DNA from: Candidatus Thiovulum imperiosus
GTDB taxonomy: Bacteria; Campylobacterota; Campylobacteria; Campylobacterales; Thiovulaceae
Assembly (NCBI GenBank): GCA_024281175.1
Contig: JAMJTW010000008.1
Span: 159,309 to 223,308, forward strand
Length of the DNA stretch: 64,000 nt
Reading direction: 5' to 3'
Within the stretch, counting starts at the first letter, position 1, and each line of letters begins with the position of its first letter. Below are positions 19,043 to 29,153 of this stretch, piece after piece. The translations under genes were made by a program, and so were the position numbers. The notes under the pieces were generated by a model. It saw nothing but the letters and a program-made list of their open reading frames with translations. It ran no database searches and was not told the origin of the DNA.

Positions 19043-19966
19043 ATGAAAAAGTATAGATTAGTAACAAGAAGTGATATGGACGGTCTTGTTTCTGCAGTGA
19101 TTTTAAAAGAGCTGGGAATAATAAATAGTATTAAATTTGTTCACCCAAAAGATATGCAAGATGGACGAATAAAGATAGGAGAGAGTGATATAACAACAAA
19201 TTTACCTTATAACTCAAACGCATATTTGGTGTTTGACCATCATGAAAGCGAAACTATCAGAAATAAAGGTCGAAAAGATAATCATATTATAGATGCATCT
19301 GCACCATCTGCGGCAAGAGTGGTTTATGACTATTATGGAGGAAAAGAGGCACTGCCTAATATTACAGATGATATGATGAATGCTGTTGATAAAGCAGACT
19401 CTGCTCAATTCAATATCGATGATATTTTAAATCCAAAAGGGTGGGAACTGCTCTCTTTTCTAATGGACTCAAGAACAGGATTGGGAAGATTTCGAGAATT
19501 TAGAGTTTCGAATTATGAACTGATGATGAATTTGATTGACTATTGTAGAAATCACTCCATAGAAGAAATTCTTTCTCTACCAGATGTAAAAGAGAGAGTT
19601 GATTTATATAAAAGATATGAGGATAAATTTAAAGAGCAGATAAAGAGATGTTCTCGAGTTTATGGAGAACTTGTTATTTTAGATTTAAGAAAAGAGGAGA
19701 TTATATATCCAGGGAATAGATTTATGATTTATGCTCTTTTCCCAAAAGTCAATATTTCAATTCATCACATTTGGGGTTTTAAAAAACAGAACCAAGTTTT
19801 CGCTGTTGGAAAATCTATTTTGAATAAGAGTTCTAAAATAAATATTGGAGAGCTGATGTTGAAGTATGAGGGTGGTGGTCACCGAAACGCTGGAACTTGT
19901 CAAATTGCCAATGAACAAGCCGAATATGTTCTTGAAGAGCTAGTTTCTGAAATTACAAAAAAGTAA
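19043..19966 (+). CDS. DHH-family phosphoesterase-like protein
   Basis: N-terminal TRSDMDGLVSA (DxD motif) and FDHHESE (DHH motif); 307 aa. Confidence 0.6.
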   Translation: MKKYRLVTRSDMDGLVSAVILKELGIINSIKFVHPKDMQDGRIKIGESDITTNLPYNSNAYLVFDHHESETIRNKGRKDNHIIDASAPSAARVVYDYYGGKEALPNITDDMMNAVDKADSAQFNIDDILNPKGWELLSFLMDSRTGLGRFREFRVSNYELMMNLIDYCRNHSIEEILSLPDVKERVDLYKRYEDKFKEQIKRCSRVYGELVILDLRKEEIIYPGNRFMIYALFPKVNISIHHIWGFKKQNQVFAVGKSILNKSSKINIGELMLKYEGGGHRNAGTCQIANEQAEYVLEELVSEITKK

Positions 19967-19969
19967 GAA

Positions 19970-20053
19970 AGTCCCAATTTTTAGGGGAGTGGCTAAATAC
20001 TTTTTTGAGAAAAACTCTTTGAGTTTTTACTATATTTAGCCATTTTTGGGACT
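19970..20053. terminator. Nested triple inverted repeat between convergent genes (bidirectional terminator candidate)
   Basis: Outer arms AGTCCCAA (19970-77) / TTGGGACT (20046-53). Middle arms GGCTAAATA (19991-99) / TATTTAGCC (20033-41). Inner arms AAAAACTC-TTT-GAGTTTTT (20010-28). Confidence 0.5.
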
Positions 20054-20058
20054 CTGCT

Positions 20059-21249
20059 CTACTTTACCAAAGCCTTAACTCCAGGTAGAGTTTTTCCTTC
20101 AATAAGTTCAAGAGAAGCTCCTCCTCCAGTTGAGATGAATGTGATATCTTCATCAAGACCTGTTCGCTTGATGAGGTCAGCAGTATCTCCACCTCCAACA
20201 ACAGTTGTTGCAAAACTCTCAGCAACTGTGTGAGCCAATTTGAAACTACCTCGAGAAAACTTCTCAATTTCATAAACTCCCATTGGTCCATTCCAGAGAA
20301 TTGTTTGAGAGTCTCTAATTGCAAGTTGGAAAAGTTTTACAGAAGCTGGTCCAATATCAAGTCCCATCCACTTTTCAGGAATATCTTGAATTGTCACCTC
20401 TTTAATTGTTGCATGGTCAGAAAATTTGTCAGAAGCGATAACATCAACTGGCAAAAAGAGTTTTACACCCAATCTTCTAGCCTCTTCAACTATACTTAAT
20501 GCTTCATGAATAAGTTCATTCTCAACAATCGAATTCCCAACATTGTAACCAAACGCTTTTAAGAAAGTGAAAGCCATTCCTCCACCAATAATAAGTCTAT
20601 CAACTCTTGGGAGTAGATTTTGAAGAGCTTGTAACTTTCCAGAAACTTTACTACCACCAACAATTGCTGTAAATGGTCTTGCTGGAGCATTTAACAGTTT
20701 TGAGAAAAATGCTATCTCTTTTTGAAGAAGAAAACCTGCTGATTTACTATTTTTATCAAAAAACTTTGTAATTCCATAAACAGAAGCGTGAGCTCTATGA
20801 CTAACACCAAAAGCATCATTTACATAAACATCAGCAAAACTTGCTAACTTTTCTGAAAGAACCTCATCATTCTTAGTTTCCCCATTTTCAAAACGGAGAT
20901 TTTCTAAAAGAAGTACACCTCCAGCTTGTAAATTCTTTACTCTTTTTGTTGCATTTTCTCCAACAACATCAGAAGCGAGTTGAATGTCTCTTCTTAATAG
21001 AGAGTGCAATCTTTTTTGAATAGGTTTTAAAGTGTATTTAGGGTCTACTTTTCCTTTTGGTCTGCCAAGATGTGAAGCTAAAATTACAGAAGCATCTTCG
21101 TCTAAACAGTACTCAATTGTTGCTAATGCTGAACGAATTCTTCGGTCATCTGTAATGTTTCCAAACTCATCTAATGGAACATTGAAATCACACCTAATAA
21201 ATACTTTTTTCCCACTAAGTTCTAAATTTTTTAAATCTAATAGTTCCAT
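20059..21249 (-). CDS. pgk: Phosphoglycerate kinase
   Basis: 396 aa; [24 protein letters not shown] motifs; immediately downstream of gap. Confidence 0.97.
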   Translation of the reverse strand: MELLDLKNLELSGKKVFIRCDFNVPLDEFGNITDDRRIRSALATIEYCLDEDASVILASHLGRPKGKVDPKYTLKPIQKRLHSLLRRDIQLASDVVGENATKRVKNLQAGGVLLLENLRFENGETKNDEVLSEKLASFADVYVNDAFGVSHRAHASVYGITKFFDKNSKSAGFLLQKEIAFFSKLLNAPARPFTAIVGGSKVSGKLQALQNLLPRVDRLIIGGGMAFTFLKAFGYNVGNSIVENELIHEALSIVEEARRLGVKLFLPVDVIASDKFSDHATIKEVTIQDIPEKWMGLDIGPASVKLFQLAIRDSQTILWNGPMGVYEIEKFSRGSFKLAHTVAESFATTVVGGGDTADLIKRTGLDEDITFISTGGGASLELIEGKTLPGVKALVK

Positions 21250-22251
21250 CTATCTCCCACTTACAAAAAGAGCCATATCTACAAGTCGGCTACTATATCC
21301 CCACTCATTATCATACCACGCCATAACTTTCACCATATTTCCATCAACAACTTGAGTAAGGTCTTCCGCAACTATCGAGGAGTTGCTATTTCCAACAAAA
21401 TCTTCTGAAACTCTCATCTCGGTATCAATTGCAATTACACCCTGCAACTCACCATCTGCTTTTTCCCGAAGAATTCTATTTACTTCCTCTTTTGAAGTAT
21501 TCTTCTTAACTACAACATTCAAATCCACCATTGATACATTTGGTGTTGGAACTCTTACAGATTGTCCATGCATTTTTCCAACAAGTTGTGGTAGAACAAG
21601 ACCAATAGCTTTTGCTGCTCCTGTTGTTGTTGGTATCATATTCACTGCAGCAGCTCTTGCTCTTCGTCTATCTTTTCTATGTTTTACATCTAAGATGTTC
21701 TGGTCATTTGTATAACTGTGAATAGTTGTCATGAGACCTTTTTCAATACCAAAAGCGTCATCAATCACTTTTGCAACTGGTGCAAGACAGTTTGTTGTAC
21801 AACTTGCATTTGAGACTATATCTTGTCCAGCATACTCTTCACTATTTACACCTATCACAAATGTATCTGTATCATCTTTTGCTGGAGCTGAAAAAACAAC
21901 TTTCTTAACACCATCTCTTAAATGAACTTTTGCCTTCTCTTTTGTTAAGAAAACTCCTGTACACTCTAAAACAACTTCAGCACCCTCTTTTCCAAAATGG
22001 ACATTTTCAGGGTCTTTATCTGAAAAGATTTTAACTTTTGTTTCTCCAATTCTCAAATAGGAATCTTCCAAAATTTCCGTTTTAATTCCAAAATTTCCAT
22101 GAACAGAGTCATTGTCAAGAAGATATTTAATCATCTCTGGTTCAGTTAAGTCGTTAATAGCGACAAGTTCTACATCGCTTCGATTTGCAATAATTCTAGC
22201 TACGCTTCGTCCAATTCTTCCAAATCCATTTATAGCTACTTTTAATGCCAT
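21250..22251 (-). CDS. gapA: Glyceraldehyde-3-phosphate dehydrogenase
   Basis: 333 aa; INGFGRIGR NAD motif, active-site SNASCTTNCL, WYDNEWGYS. Confidence 0.97.
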   Translation of the reverse strand: MALKVAINGFGRIGRSVARIIANRSDVELVAINDLTEPEMIKYLLDNDSVHGNFGIKTEILEDSYLRIGETKVKIFSDKDPENVHFGKEGAEVVLECTGVFLTKEKAKVHLRDGVKKVVFSAPAKDDTDTFVIGVNSEEYAGQDIVSNASCTTNCLAPVAKVIDDAFGIEKGLMTTIHSYTNDQNILDVKHRKDRRRARAAAVNMIPTTTGAAKAIGLVLPQLVGKMHGQSVRVPTPNVSMVDLNVVVKKNTSKEEVNRILREKADGELQGVIAIDTEMRVSEDFVGNSNSSIVAEDLTQVVDGNMVKVMAWYDNEWGYSSRLVDMALFVSGR

Positions 22252-22305
22252 ATTTTTCTCTTTTAAATTTTTTCTGATTTTACCAGAAAGATAAGTATTG
22301 GTTTT

Positions 22306-23535
22306 ATGAATAGTATAATTTTTAGAAAGAGAGAAATGGGACAGGGATTTTATCCATATATTGCAATGATGTTTCTAAATGCGATGACAGATTTAGGGCA
22401 TAAAATTGCAATTCAAAATACGATATTTAAAATATATGATGGTTCTGAACAGATAATTTTTACAGCTATCATAAATGCTTCAATTCTATTACCTTACATT
22501 CTCTTTTTCTCAACAGCTGGATATATTTCAGATAGATTTTCAAAAGAGGTGGTGATGAGGTATTCAGCACTTTTTGCTGTTGGAATTACAGCTATGATTA
22601 CAGCTTCTTACTACTTTGGAGAGTTCTGGTTAGCTTTTGGACTCACTCTACTTTTAGCAACTCAAAGTGCTATCTACTCTCCAGCAAAATATGGATATAT
22701 TCGTGAACTTTTGGGAGATAGCAGAGTTGTAGTTGGAAATAGTTGGGTTCAAGCCACAACAATTGTTGCTATTCTTTTTGGAACTCTTTTCTACTCTATT
22801 CTTTTTGAAACTCTTTTAGGAGACTTTGAAACAGAAAAAGAGATTTTGCAATTTCTTGTTCCAATTGGATTTCTACTTTTTACTGCTTCAATTTTTGAAT
22901 TTCTACTCTCTTTTAAACTTCCAAAAAAGAGAGCTGGAGAGAGAAGTAACCGTCCAAAAATTAGTGAGACTTTGAAACCTATTTTTGAAAATAGAGAAAT
23001 TCTGAATTCAATTCTCTTTTTGGCTCTATTTTTCAGTATTGCTCAAGTTATTTTAGTTGTTTTTGGAGCTTTCATAAAAGCGAATTTGAAAGAGACAAAT
23101 ACTATTGTAGTTCAAGGTTTAATGGCTTTGAGTGGAATTGGTATTGTTATCGGTTCAGCTATTTCTGGAAAACTATTTTCCAAGAAGTTGGAACTCAAAA
23201 CAGTACATTTTGCATTTTTCACAATTGTTATACTTGTAATTCTAATTCCATTTGCAAACTCTACATTTCTCTTTGCACTCATATTTCTCTCTTTTGGAAT
23301 TTCTGGAGGTCTTATTGTTGTTCCCCTAAATTCCTATATCCAATTACATAGCAACTCAGAAAATATGGGAAAAGTTCTCGCTTCAAACAATCTAATTCAA
23401 AATATTTTTATGATATCTTTTCTTGGAATTACAACACTTTTTAGTCTCTTAGAAATAGATGAAATCTATATCTTCTATATCTTAAGTGGAGTGGCTTTTC
23501 TAAGTGCATTTTTTGCTTTTAGAAATAGAGCTTAA
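22306..23535 (+). CDS. MFS transporter (LplT-like)
   Basis: ~12 predicted TM helices, with an MFS loop motif GYISDRFSK between TM2 and TM3. Confidence 0.75.
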   Translation: MNSIIFRKREMGQGFYPYIAMMFLNAMTDLGHKIAIQNTIFKIYDGSEQIIFTAIINASILLPYILFFSTAGYISDRFSKEVVMRYSALFAVGITAMITASYYFGEFWLAFGLTLLLATQSAIYSPAKYGYIRELLGDSRVVVGNSWVQATTIVAILFGTLFYSILFETLLGDFETEKEILQFLVPIGFLLFTASIFEFLLSFKLPKKRAGERSNRPKISETLKPIFENREILNSILFLALFFSIAQVILVVFGAFIKANLKETNTIVVQGLMALSGIGIVIGSAISGKLFSKKLELKTVHFAFFTIVILVILIPFANSTFLFALIFLSFGISGGLIVVPLNSYIQLHSNSENMGKVLASNNLIQNIFMISFLGITTLFSLLEIDEIYIFYILSGVAFLSAFFAFRNRA

Positions 23536-23540
23536 AAGCT

Positions 23541-23831
23541 CTAATTCCAATTTGTTTCTAGTAAGTTTCGGATTTCAAAAAAGTTTTGTGGAGAATCTTC
23601 GCTGAAAAGTTTCATAAATTTTTCAAAAGTTTTCCAAACTTTTTCGCTACTCTCTACTCTACCAAGTTTTCGGAGTTGTAGAGCCGTAGCACCATTTATA
23701 AAACCTTTTAAGATTTTGCCTTCAACACTATCTCTATTTTTTCTCCAAGTATCTTCAAGAACTTCATGAGCTTCTCCAAACTCTTTAGAGAGTATAAGTT
23801 CTCGAAACTCTTCTAACTCTTTATAAAACAT
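23541..23831 (-). CDS. DUF309-like small protein
   Basis: 96 aa with FGEAHEVLEDTWR, matching the DUF309 HE..E..W signature. Confidence 0.55.
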   Translation of the reverse strand: MFYKELEEFRELILSKEFGEAHEVLEDTWRKNRDSVEGKILKGFINGATALQLRKLGRVESSEKVWKTFEKFMKLFSEDSPQNFFEIRNLLETNWN

Positions 23832-24195
23832 CTTCTTTCCGAATTGCCATCAAGATAAATATTTCACCATCACCACTTATCCAATACTCTTTTACAAAAA
23901 GATATTTCAAAACATTTTTAGAAGTTTGAATAACTTCATAAGAGATATCTTTCTCCATTTTACTTCCAGAGTTTTTTTCAAACTTAGATTCTATTTGAAC
24001 TTTTATATTTTCACTTAAACTTGCTCTTGCCAACATTTTTGCAACTCTAAGTTGTCTGGAAAAGCTGTTTTGTTTTGGTGCTGAACCGATACCGTAGATG
24101 TAATTTTCATCTTCATTTATGCCAAAGACCCACTGAGGAGGCATTTCACTATATAGTGATGAAATCATAAATAGGAAAATAGCTATTTTTCTCAT
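23821..24195 (-). CDS. LPP20-like periplasmic/lipoprotein
   Basis: Signal peptide. YIYGIGSAP and ARASLSENIKVQIES resemble the LPP20 family found in Helicobacter and Campylobacter. Confidence 0.5.
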   Translation of the reverse strand: MRKIAIFLFMISSLYSEMPPQWVFGINEDENYIYGIGSAPKQNSFSRQLRVAKMLARASLSENIKVQIESKFEKNSGSKMEKDISYEVIQTSKNVLKYLFVKEYWISGDGEIFILMAIRKEDVL

Positions 24196-24270
24196 GAGAT
24201 TCCTTTTTTTGAATGGAAATCGACTCTTTTCTGAATCTGATAGAATTTCTCTTTTGAGAAAGGGAAAAAT

Positions 24271-25593
24271 ATAAAACAGATAGCAATTATTGGAAAGCCA
24301 AATGTTGGGAAAAGCTCTCTATTTAATAGATTTGCAAAAGAGAGAGATGCGATAACATCGGAGGTTTCTGGAACAACTAGAGATGTTAAAAAGAGAGAGA
24401 TAGAGTTAGGTGGAGAGAGAGCAATTCTGATAGATACAGGAGGATTTGACACCTCATCAGAACTGTTTCAGAAAGTTACAGAAAAAGCGATAGATACGGC
24501 GATGAAATCTGATATTGTTCTCTATATGGTTGATGGTAGAGGTGTTTCAGAAGAGAGTGACAGAGAGATATTTTATAAAATCAAGAAAAAAAATCCGAAC
24601 ATAGCTCTTGTTGTAAATAAGTTAGATAATGATAAATTAGAAGAGAATGTTTGGGATTTTGCAAATTTTGGAGTTGATGAGGTTTTTCCAATTTCTCTTT
24701 CTCATAACCGAAAAGTAACAAGACTCTTAGAGTGGGTCTTTGACAAAATGGAGACTGGAGAAGTTGTTGAAGATGTTGAGAGTGAGAGAGTTTCAAAAGA
24801 GAGTGAGATAAATATCGCAATCATCGGTAGAGTTAATGTTGGAAAAAGTTCTCTACTGAATGCACTATCAAAATCTGACCGCTCAATAGTTAGTCCAATA
24901 GCTGGAACAACAATTGACCCAATTGATGAAGTTGTTGAAGTTTCTGGAAATAGAATTCGTTTTGTAGATACAGCTGGAATTCGGAGACGAGGAAAAATTG
25001 AGGGAATTGAGAAATATGCACTTCAGAGAACAGAGAAGATGTTAGAGAGAAGTGATATTGCTGTTCTTGTTTTAGATGGTAGTGAAGGTTTCCATGAACT
25101 TGATGAGAAAATCGCTGGTCTTGTCGATAAACACGCTCTTGCAACTATTATTGTCATCAATAAATGGGATAAAAGAATTTATGAGTATGAGGAAGCTGTT
25201 CAAATTGTTAGAGACAAGTTCAAGTTTCTATACTTTGCTCCAATAGTTACTATTTCTGCATTAACTCACCAAAGAGTTCACAAAATTTATGATTTGATTT
25301 TTAAAGTTTTTAGAAACTACACTCAGAGAATTCCAACTTCAGAAGTGAATAGAATAGTTGAAACTGCTGTTGCCAAACACTCTCTTCCTGCTCCAAAAGG
25401 TAATGTTTTAAAAATCTATTATGCAACTCAATTTGGAGAAGCTCCACCAAAAATATCTCTTGTGATGAATAGACCAAAACTCCTCCATTTCAGCTACAAG
25501 AGATATCTTATTAGAGAATTTAGAAAAGAGTTCAATTTTGAAGGTTCTCCAATTCTAATTCTCACAAGAGATAGAAAAAACGAGAAATCTTAA
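24271..25593 (+). CDS. der: Ribosome-biogenesis GTPase Der (EngA), apparent ATA start
   Basis: The ORF track reports only the C-terminal part (24502..). The same frame is open from 24244 and encodes the first G-domain, (I/M)KQIAIIGKPNVGKSSLFNRF...TTRD...DTGG. The second G-domain IAIIGRVNVGKSS and a KH-like C-terminus follow. No ATG, GTG or TTG lies upstream of the P-loop. ATA at 24271 is preceded by GAGAAAGGGA. Confidence 0.85.
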   Translation: MKQIAIIGKPNVGKSSLFNRFAKERDAITSEVSGTTRDVKKREIELGGERAILIDTGGFDTSSELFQKVTEKAIDTAMKSDIVLYMVDGRGVSEESDREIFYKIKKKNPNIALVVNKLDNDKLEENVWDFANFGVDEVFPISLSHNRKVTRLLEWVFDKMETGEVVEDVESERVSKESEINIAIIGRVNVGKSSLLNALSKSDRSIVSPIAGTTIDPIDEVVEVSGNRIRFVDTAGIRRRGKIEGIEKYALQRTEKMLERSDIAVLVLDGSEGFHELDEKIAGLVDKHALATIIVINKWDKRIYEYEEAVQIVRDKFKFLYFAPIVTISALTHQRVHKIYDLIFKVFRNYTQRIPTSEVNRIVETAVAKHSLPAPKGNVLKIYYATQFGEAPPKISLVMNRPKLLHFSYKRYLIREFRKEFNFEGSPILILTRDRKNEKS

Positions 25594-26864
25594 ATCAGAT
25601 ATTTCACCCTTTTTTCAAAAGCAGAGAGAGAGTAGCCAAGATATTTTGCACTCTCTCTCTTATCAAATTCAAATTTCTCTAAAACTTTTTGAAGCAACTC
25701 TTTCTCTAAACTTTCCAACTCTTTTTCATTCACCTCATCAAGAAGTAGGTTTTCAGGTTCTATGATTTCATCATCTGTAAGAATTGTAGCTCTCTCAACA
25801 ACAGAGAGAAGTTCACGAATATTTCCACTCCAGTAGTGATTTTCCAGAATATCTTTTGTCTTTTCTGAAAAGCTCTTTTTCCCAACTTTGTACTTTTCAC
25901 AAAACTCTTTCAAACTCTTTTCAGCAATCTCTAAAATCTCATCTCTTCGTTCTCGAAGTGGAGGAATATGAATTGGAACTGTATTGAGTCGATAGTACAA
26001 ATCTTTTCGGAAATTATCACTATCTCTTATATTTGAGTTTGTAGCAGAGATAATACGAACATCAATTGGAATAATCTTCTTTCCCCCGAGTCGCCTAACC
26101 TCTCGTTCTTGAATTGCTCTCAAAAGTTTAGCTTGAAGTGGATAAGGCATATCTCCAATCTCATCGAAAAAGAGTGTTCCTCCATTTGCTAATTCAAAAT
26201 GTCCCTCTTTTTGAGAAACAGCATCTGTGAAAGCCCCTTTCTCATATCCAAAAAGTTCAGACTCAAGAAGATTTTCTGGAATTGAAGCCATATTTATAGC
26301 AATAAAAGGCTTCCCTTTTCTATTTGAGTTGTTGTGGATATATCGGGCAAAAAGCTCTTTTCCAACTCCACTCTCTCCAAGTAGAAGAACCGTAGCATCA
26401 GTTTTTGCACTTCGATTTGCAAATTTTAAAACTCTCTCTAATGCTGATGAGGTACTACTAAATTCCTGATTTGGAACTTTCACTTTTTTTACAACTTTTC
26501 TCTTCTCCTCTTTTTTCACCTCTACTTTCGCTCTGTCTATTGCTGAAACAAGTTCATCTATCTCAAAAGGTTTTACTAGAAAATCTTTAACTCCAAATTT
26601 TATAGAGTCTAAAGCTCTTTGAAGAGAAGGATTTCCAGTGATGATAATAACTGGATATCTTCCATTCAGCTTTTTTATAAACTCCATTCCATCAAGTTTT
26701 GGCATCGAAAGGTCTGTAATTACTACATCATAACTATCATCCAACTGTTTTAGTGCATCAACTGGATTTTTAAATGTATCTACGGCAAATTGTGGATAGT
26801 CTCCCATCGCAATCTCAAGAGACTTTCTAACATTTATATCATCTTCAATAATTGCTATTTTAAT
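25590..26864 (-). CDS. Sigma-54-dependent Fis-family response regulator (NtrC-like), apparent ATT start
   Basis: AAA+ sigma-54 activator core (GESGVGKE, ESELFGYEKGAFTDA, GTLFFDEIG) and a C-terminal HTH. The receiver domain needs the upstream in-frame (I/M)KIAIIEDD, beyond the ORF-track ATG at 26807. The frame closes at TAA 26877-79. ATT at 26864 lies 8 nt after AAGGAG. Confidence 0.85.
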   Translation of the reverse strand: MKIAIIEDDINVRKSLEIAMGDYPQFAVDTFKNPVDALKQLDDSYDVVITDLSMPKLDGMEFIKKLNGRYPVIIITGNPSLQRALDSIKFGVKDFLVKPFEIDELVSAIDRAKVEVKKEEKRKVVKKVKVPNQEFSSTSSALERVLKFANRSAKTDATVLLLGESGVGKELFARYIHNNSNRKGKPFIAINMASIPENLLESELFGYEKGAFTDAVSQKEGHFELANGGTLFFDEIGDMPYPLQAKLLRAIQEREVRRLGGKKIIPIDVRIISATNSNIRDSDNFRKDLYYRLNTVPIHIPPLRERRDEILEIAEKSLKEFCEKYKVGKKSFSEKTKDILENHYWSGNIRELLSVVERATILTDDEIIEPENLLLDEVNEKELESLEKELLQKVLEKFEFDKRESAKYLGYSLSAFEKRVKYLI

Positions 26865-26892
26865 GGTAACTTCTCCTTATAGTTGAAATTTT

Positions 26893-27801
26893 TCAACACT
26901 CTTTACTAAGTTCTAAAATAAACTTTACAAACTCTTCAGAGTCATTTTGAACTTTTAAAACTTCATACTCTATTCCAAGTTTTTCTGCAACTTCTCGATA
27001 CTCGATATCAAGTTCAAAATCTGTTTCAACATTATCTATTGTAAAAGAGATTGGATAGACCACTACACTTTCACCCTTGAATTCTTCTAATTTCTCTTCA
27101 AGAGATGGTTCAAGCCATTTTACGGGTCCAAGTTTAGATTGAAAAGCTAGAGAGATAGATTTGAATTGTGGAATTCTTTTGGAGAGTTCTTCAACTTGCT
27201 TTTCAACTTGCTCCAGATATGGGTCGCCCTTTTCTATCACTTTAACAGGTAGAGAGTGAGCTGAAAAGATAAGGTTTTTCGATTTCGTATCTTTCACTTC
27301 TCGAATTCTATTTGCAATTAGATTTAGAAACCTTTCGTCTCGATAGTAAGGTTTTACAGTCGAAATAGAAACTTCACTCCAATTCATTTCAGCTATCTTC
27401 TCAAAAATATCTTCAAAACTGGAAAGAGTGGTAGTTGTAGAGTATTGAGGATAGAGTGGAAAGAGAACCAATTTCTCTATCTTGTCTTCTTGCAACTTTT
27501 TCAGAACCTCATCAGAAAAGGGAGGTGTGTATCTATTTACTGCTTCAAATCGCTCTTTTCGATTGAGTTTTTTTAAAAGTCTCTTTGTATTTCCAACAAT
27601 TGGAGAGCGACTTCCCAATTTTTCCAAATTCTTTTTAGAACCACCTCCTCGTCTATTTGTGATGAGGTAGGAAAGCATGTATCGAAAAGGTTTTGGCATA
27701 GAGAGAATTCTTTTGTCTCTAAACATGTTTTTGAGAAAAACATCTACTTCTTCAGGGGAACTTGCCCCCCCCATATTTAAAAGTAAAGTTGCATGTTTCA
27801 T
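26893..27801 (-). CDS. hemH: Ferrochelatase
   Basis: 302 aa; N-terminal LLLNMGG, YPQYS, and SAHSLP motif. Confidence 0.9.
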   Translation of the reverse strand: MKHATLLLNMGGASSPEEVDVFLKNMFRDKRILSMPKPFRYMLSYLITNRRGGGSKKNLEKLGSRSPIVGNTKRLLKKLNRKERFEAVNRYTPPFSDEVLKKLQEDKIEKLVLFPLYPQYSTTTTLSSFEDIFEKIAEMNWSEVSISTVKPYYRDERFLNLIANRIREVKDTKSKNLIFSAHSLPVKVIEKGDPYLEQVEKQVEELSKRIPQFKSISLAFQSKLGPVKWLEPSLEEKLEEFKGESVVVYPISFTIDNVETDFELDIEYREVAEKLGIEYEVLKVQNDSEEFVKFILELSKEC

Positions 27802-29153
27802 CTTCTAATACCTTGAGGCACTTTTCCCATGTTTCCAGCACCATTCAGAAGTTCACTCATATCTTTCATTCCCTTTTTTCCTCCAAATTTCTTAGCCATT
27901 TTTGCTGCATTTTTGAACTGTTTCAAAATCTTATTTACTTCAACTTGCCCAAGTCCAGCACCAGTTGCTAACCTCTTCTTTCTACTGTTGTTTAGAACTG
28001 ATGGAAATTCTCTCTCTTTTGGAGTCATTGAACTTATCAGAGCATTTATTCTCTTAAACTCTTCAGAGTTGTCTAAATCGAAATTTTTCAACTCTTTACC
28101 CATATTCCCCATTCCAGGTATCATTCCAATTAGAGATTTTAGACCTCCCAACTTTTTAAACATCTCTATCTGCTCTAAAAAGTCGTTGAAGTTGAATTCA
28201 CCTTTTTTGATTTTCTTTGTGAGTTCATTTGCCCGTTTCTTGTCTACAACAAGAGAAGTTTTCTCCATTAGAGACTCTAAATCTCCCTCTCCAATTAGAC
28301 GATTTACAACTCTTTCTGGAATGAATGGGTCGAAATCTGGAATTTTCTCTCCAGTTCCTATAAATCGAAGTGGAACTCCAACTTGAGAAGCGATTGAGAG
28401 AGCAACTCCACCTTTCACATCACCATCATATTTTGAGAGAATTACACCATCAATTCCAATCTCCTCTTTAAATTTAGAAGCTGTTCGAACTGCATCGTGT
28501 CCTGTCATTGCATCTGCAACATAGAAAATTTCACTTACAGGAACAGAATTCCGAACCTCTTTTAACTCTTTCATAAGCTCTTCATCAATTGCAAGTCGTC
28601 CAGCTGTATCGATTAGAAGAACATCATAAAGTCCATCTTGAGCTTTTTTGTAAGCACCTTTTGTAACTTCAACTGGAGAGAGATTTTCATCAGCAAAAAG
28701 GTCTATCTCAATTTGTGAAGTGATTTGTCGAAGTTGCTCTACCGCAGCCATTCTCTGTAAATCCGCCGCAGCGATAAGAACTCTCTTTTTTCGCAATTTC
28801 AAATAGTTCGCAAGTTTCCCCGTAGTTGTTGTTTTTCCACTACCTTGAAGACCAGTCATTAAAATTATTGTTGGAGGTTTAGAAGCGAAAACAAAACCTT
28901 GATTTCCCTCCACTGTAAGAATTTCAGTAAGATTTTTCTGAATAGATTTGAGGAAAGATACTTGTCCAATTCCCTCTGCTTTTGTCTCTGTTTCAACTTT
29001 TGCAATAAGCTCTTTTACAACTTTATGATGAACATCAGCTTTGAGAAGAGATTTTTTAAGTTCAGTTAGAGCTTTTTTTAGAGTGTTCGCATTGTCAAAA
29101 CTTTTCAGTTTTTTAATTGCTCCTGTGAATGATGAGGTTAGAGACTCAAACAT
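27798..29153 (-). CDS. ffh: Signal recognition particle protein Ffh
   Basis: MFESLTSSF start (ATG 29153 preferred over the ORF-track start at 29174). G-domain GLQGSGKTTT, DTAGR; methionine-rich M-domain. Confidence 0.95.
   Translation of the reverse strand: MFESLTSSFTGAIKKLKSFDNANTLKKALTELKKSLLKADVHHKVVKELIAKVETETKAEGIGQVSFLKSIQKNLTEILTVEGNQGFVFASKPPTIILMTGLQGSGKTTTTGKLANYLKLRKKRVLIAAADLQRMAAVEQLRQITSQIEIDLFADENLSPVEVTKGAYKKAQDGLYDVLLIDTAGRLAIDEELMKELKEVRNSVPVSEIFYVADAMTGHDAVRTASKFKEEIGIDGVILSKYDGDVKGGVALSIASQVGVPLRFIGTGEKIPDFDPFIPERVVNRLIGEGDLESLMEKTSLVVDKKRANELTKKIKKGEFNFNDFLEQIEMFKKLGGLKSLIGMIPGMGNMGKELKNFDLDNSEEFKRINALISSMTPKEREFPSVLNNSRKKRLATGAGLGQVEVNKILKQFKNAAKMAKKFGGKKGMKDMSELLNGAGNMGKVPQGIRR

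Noticed and set aside
24192-24452. 86-aa minus-strand ORF in the apparent gap before the annotated der ORF
   Set aside because: The plus strand here encodes the canonical first P-loop domain of Der (GKPNVGKSS...DTGG), so the minus ORF is a shadow.
27829-28386. 185-aa plus-strand ORF
   Set aside because: It lies entirely antisense to ffh, whose homology is unambiguous. The translation is low-complexity (F/S/P/L-rich) with no start context. This is a typical shadow ORF in an AT-rich genome.
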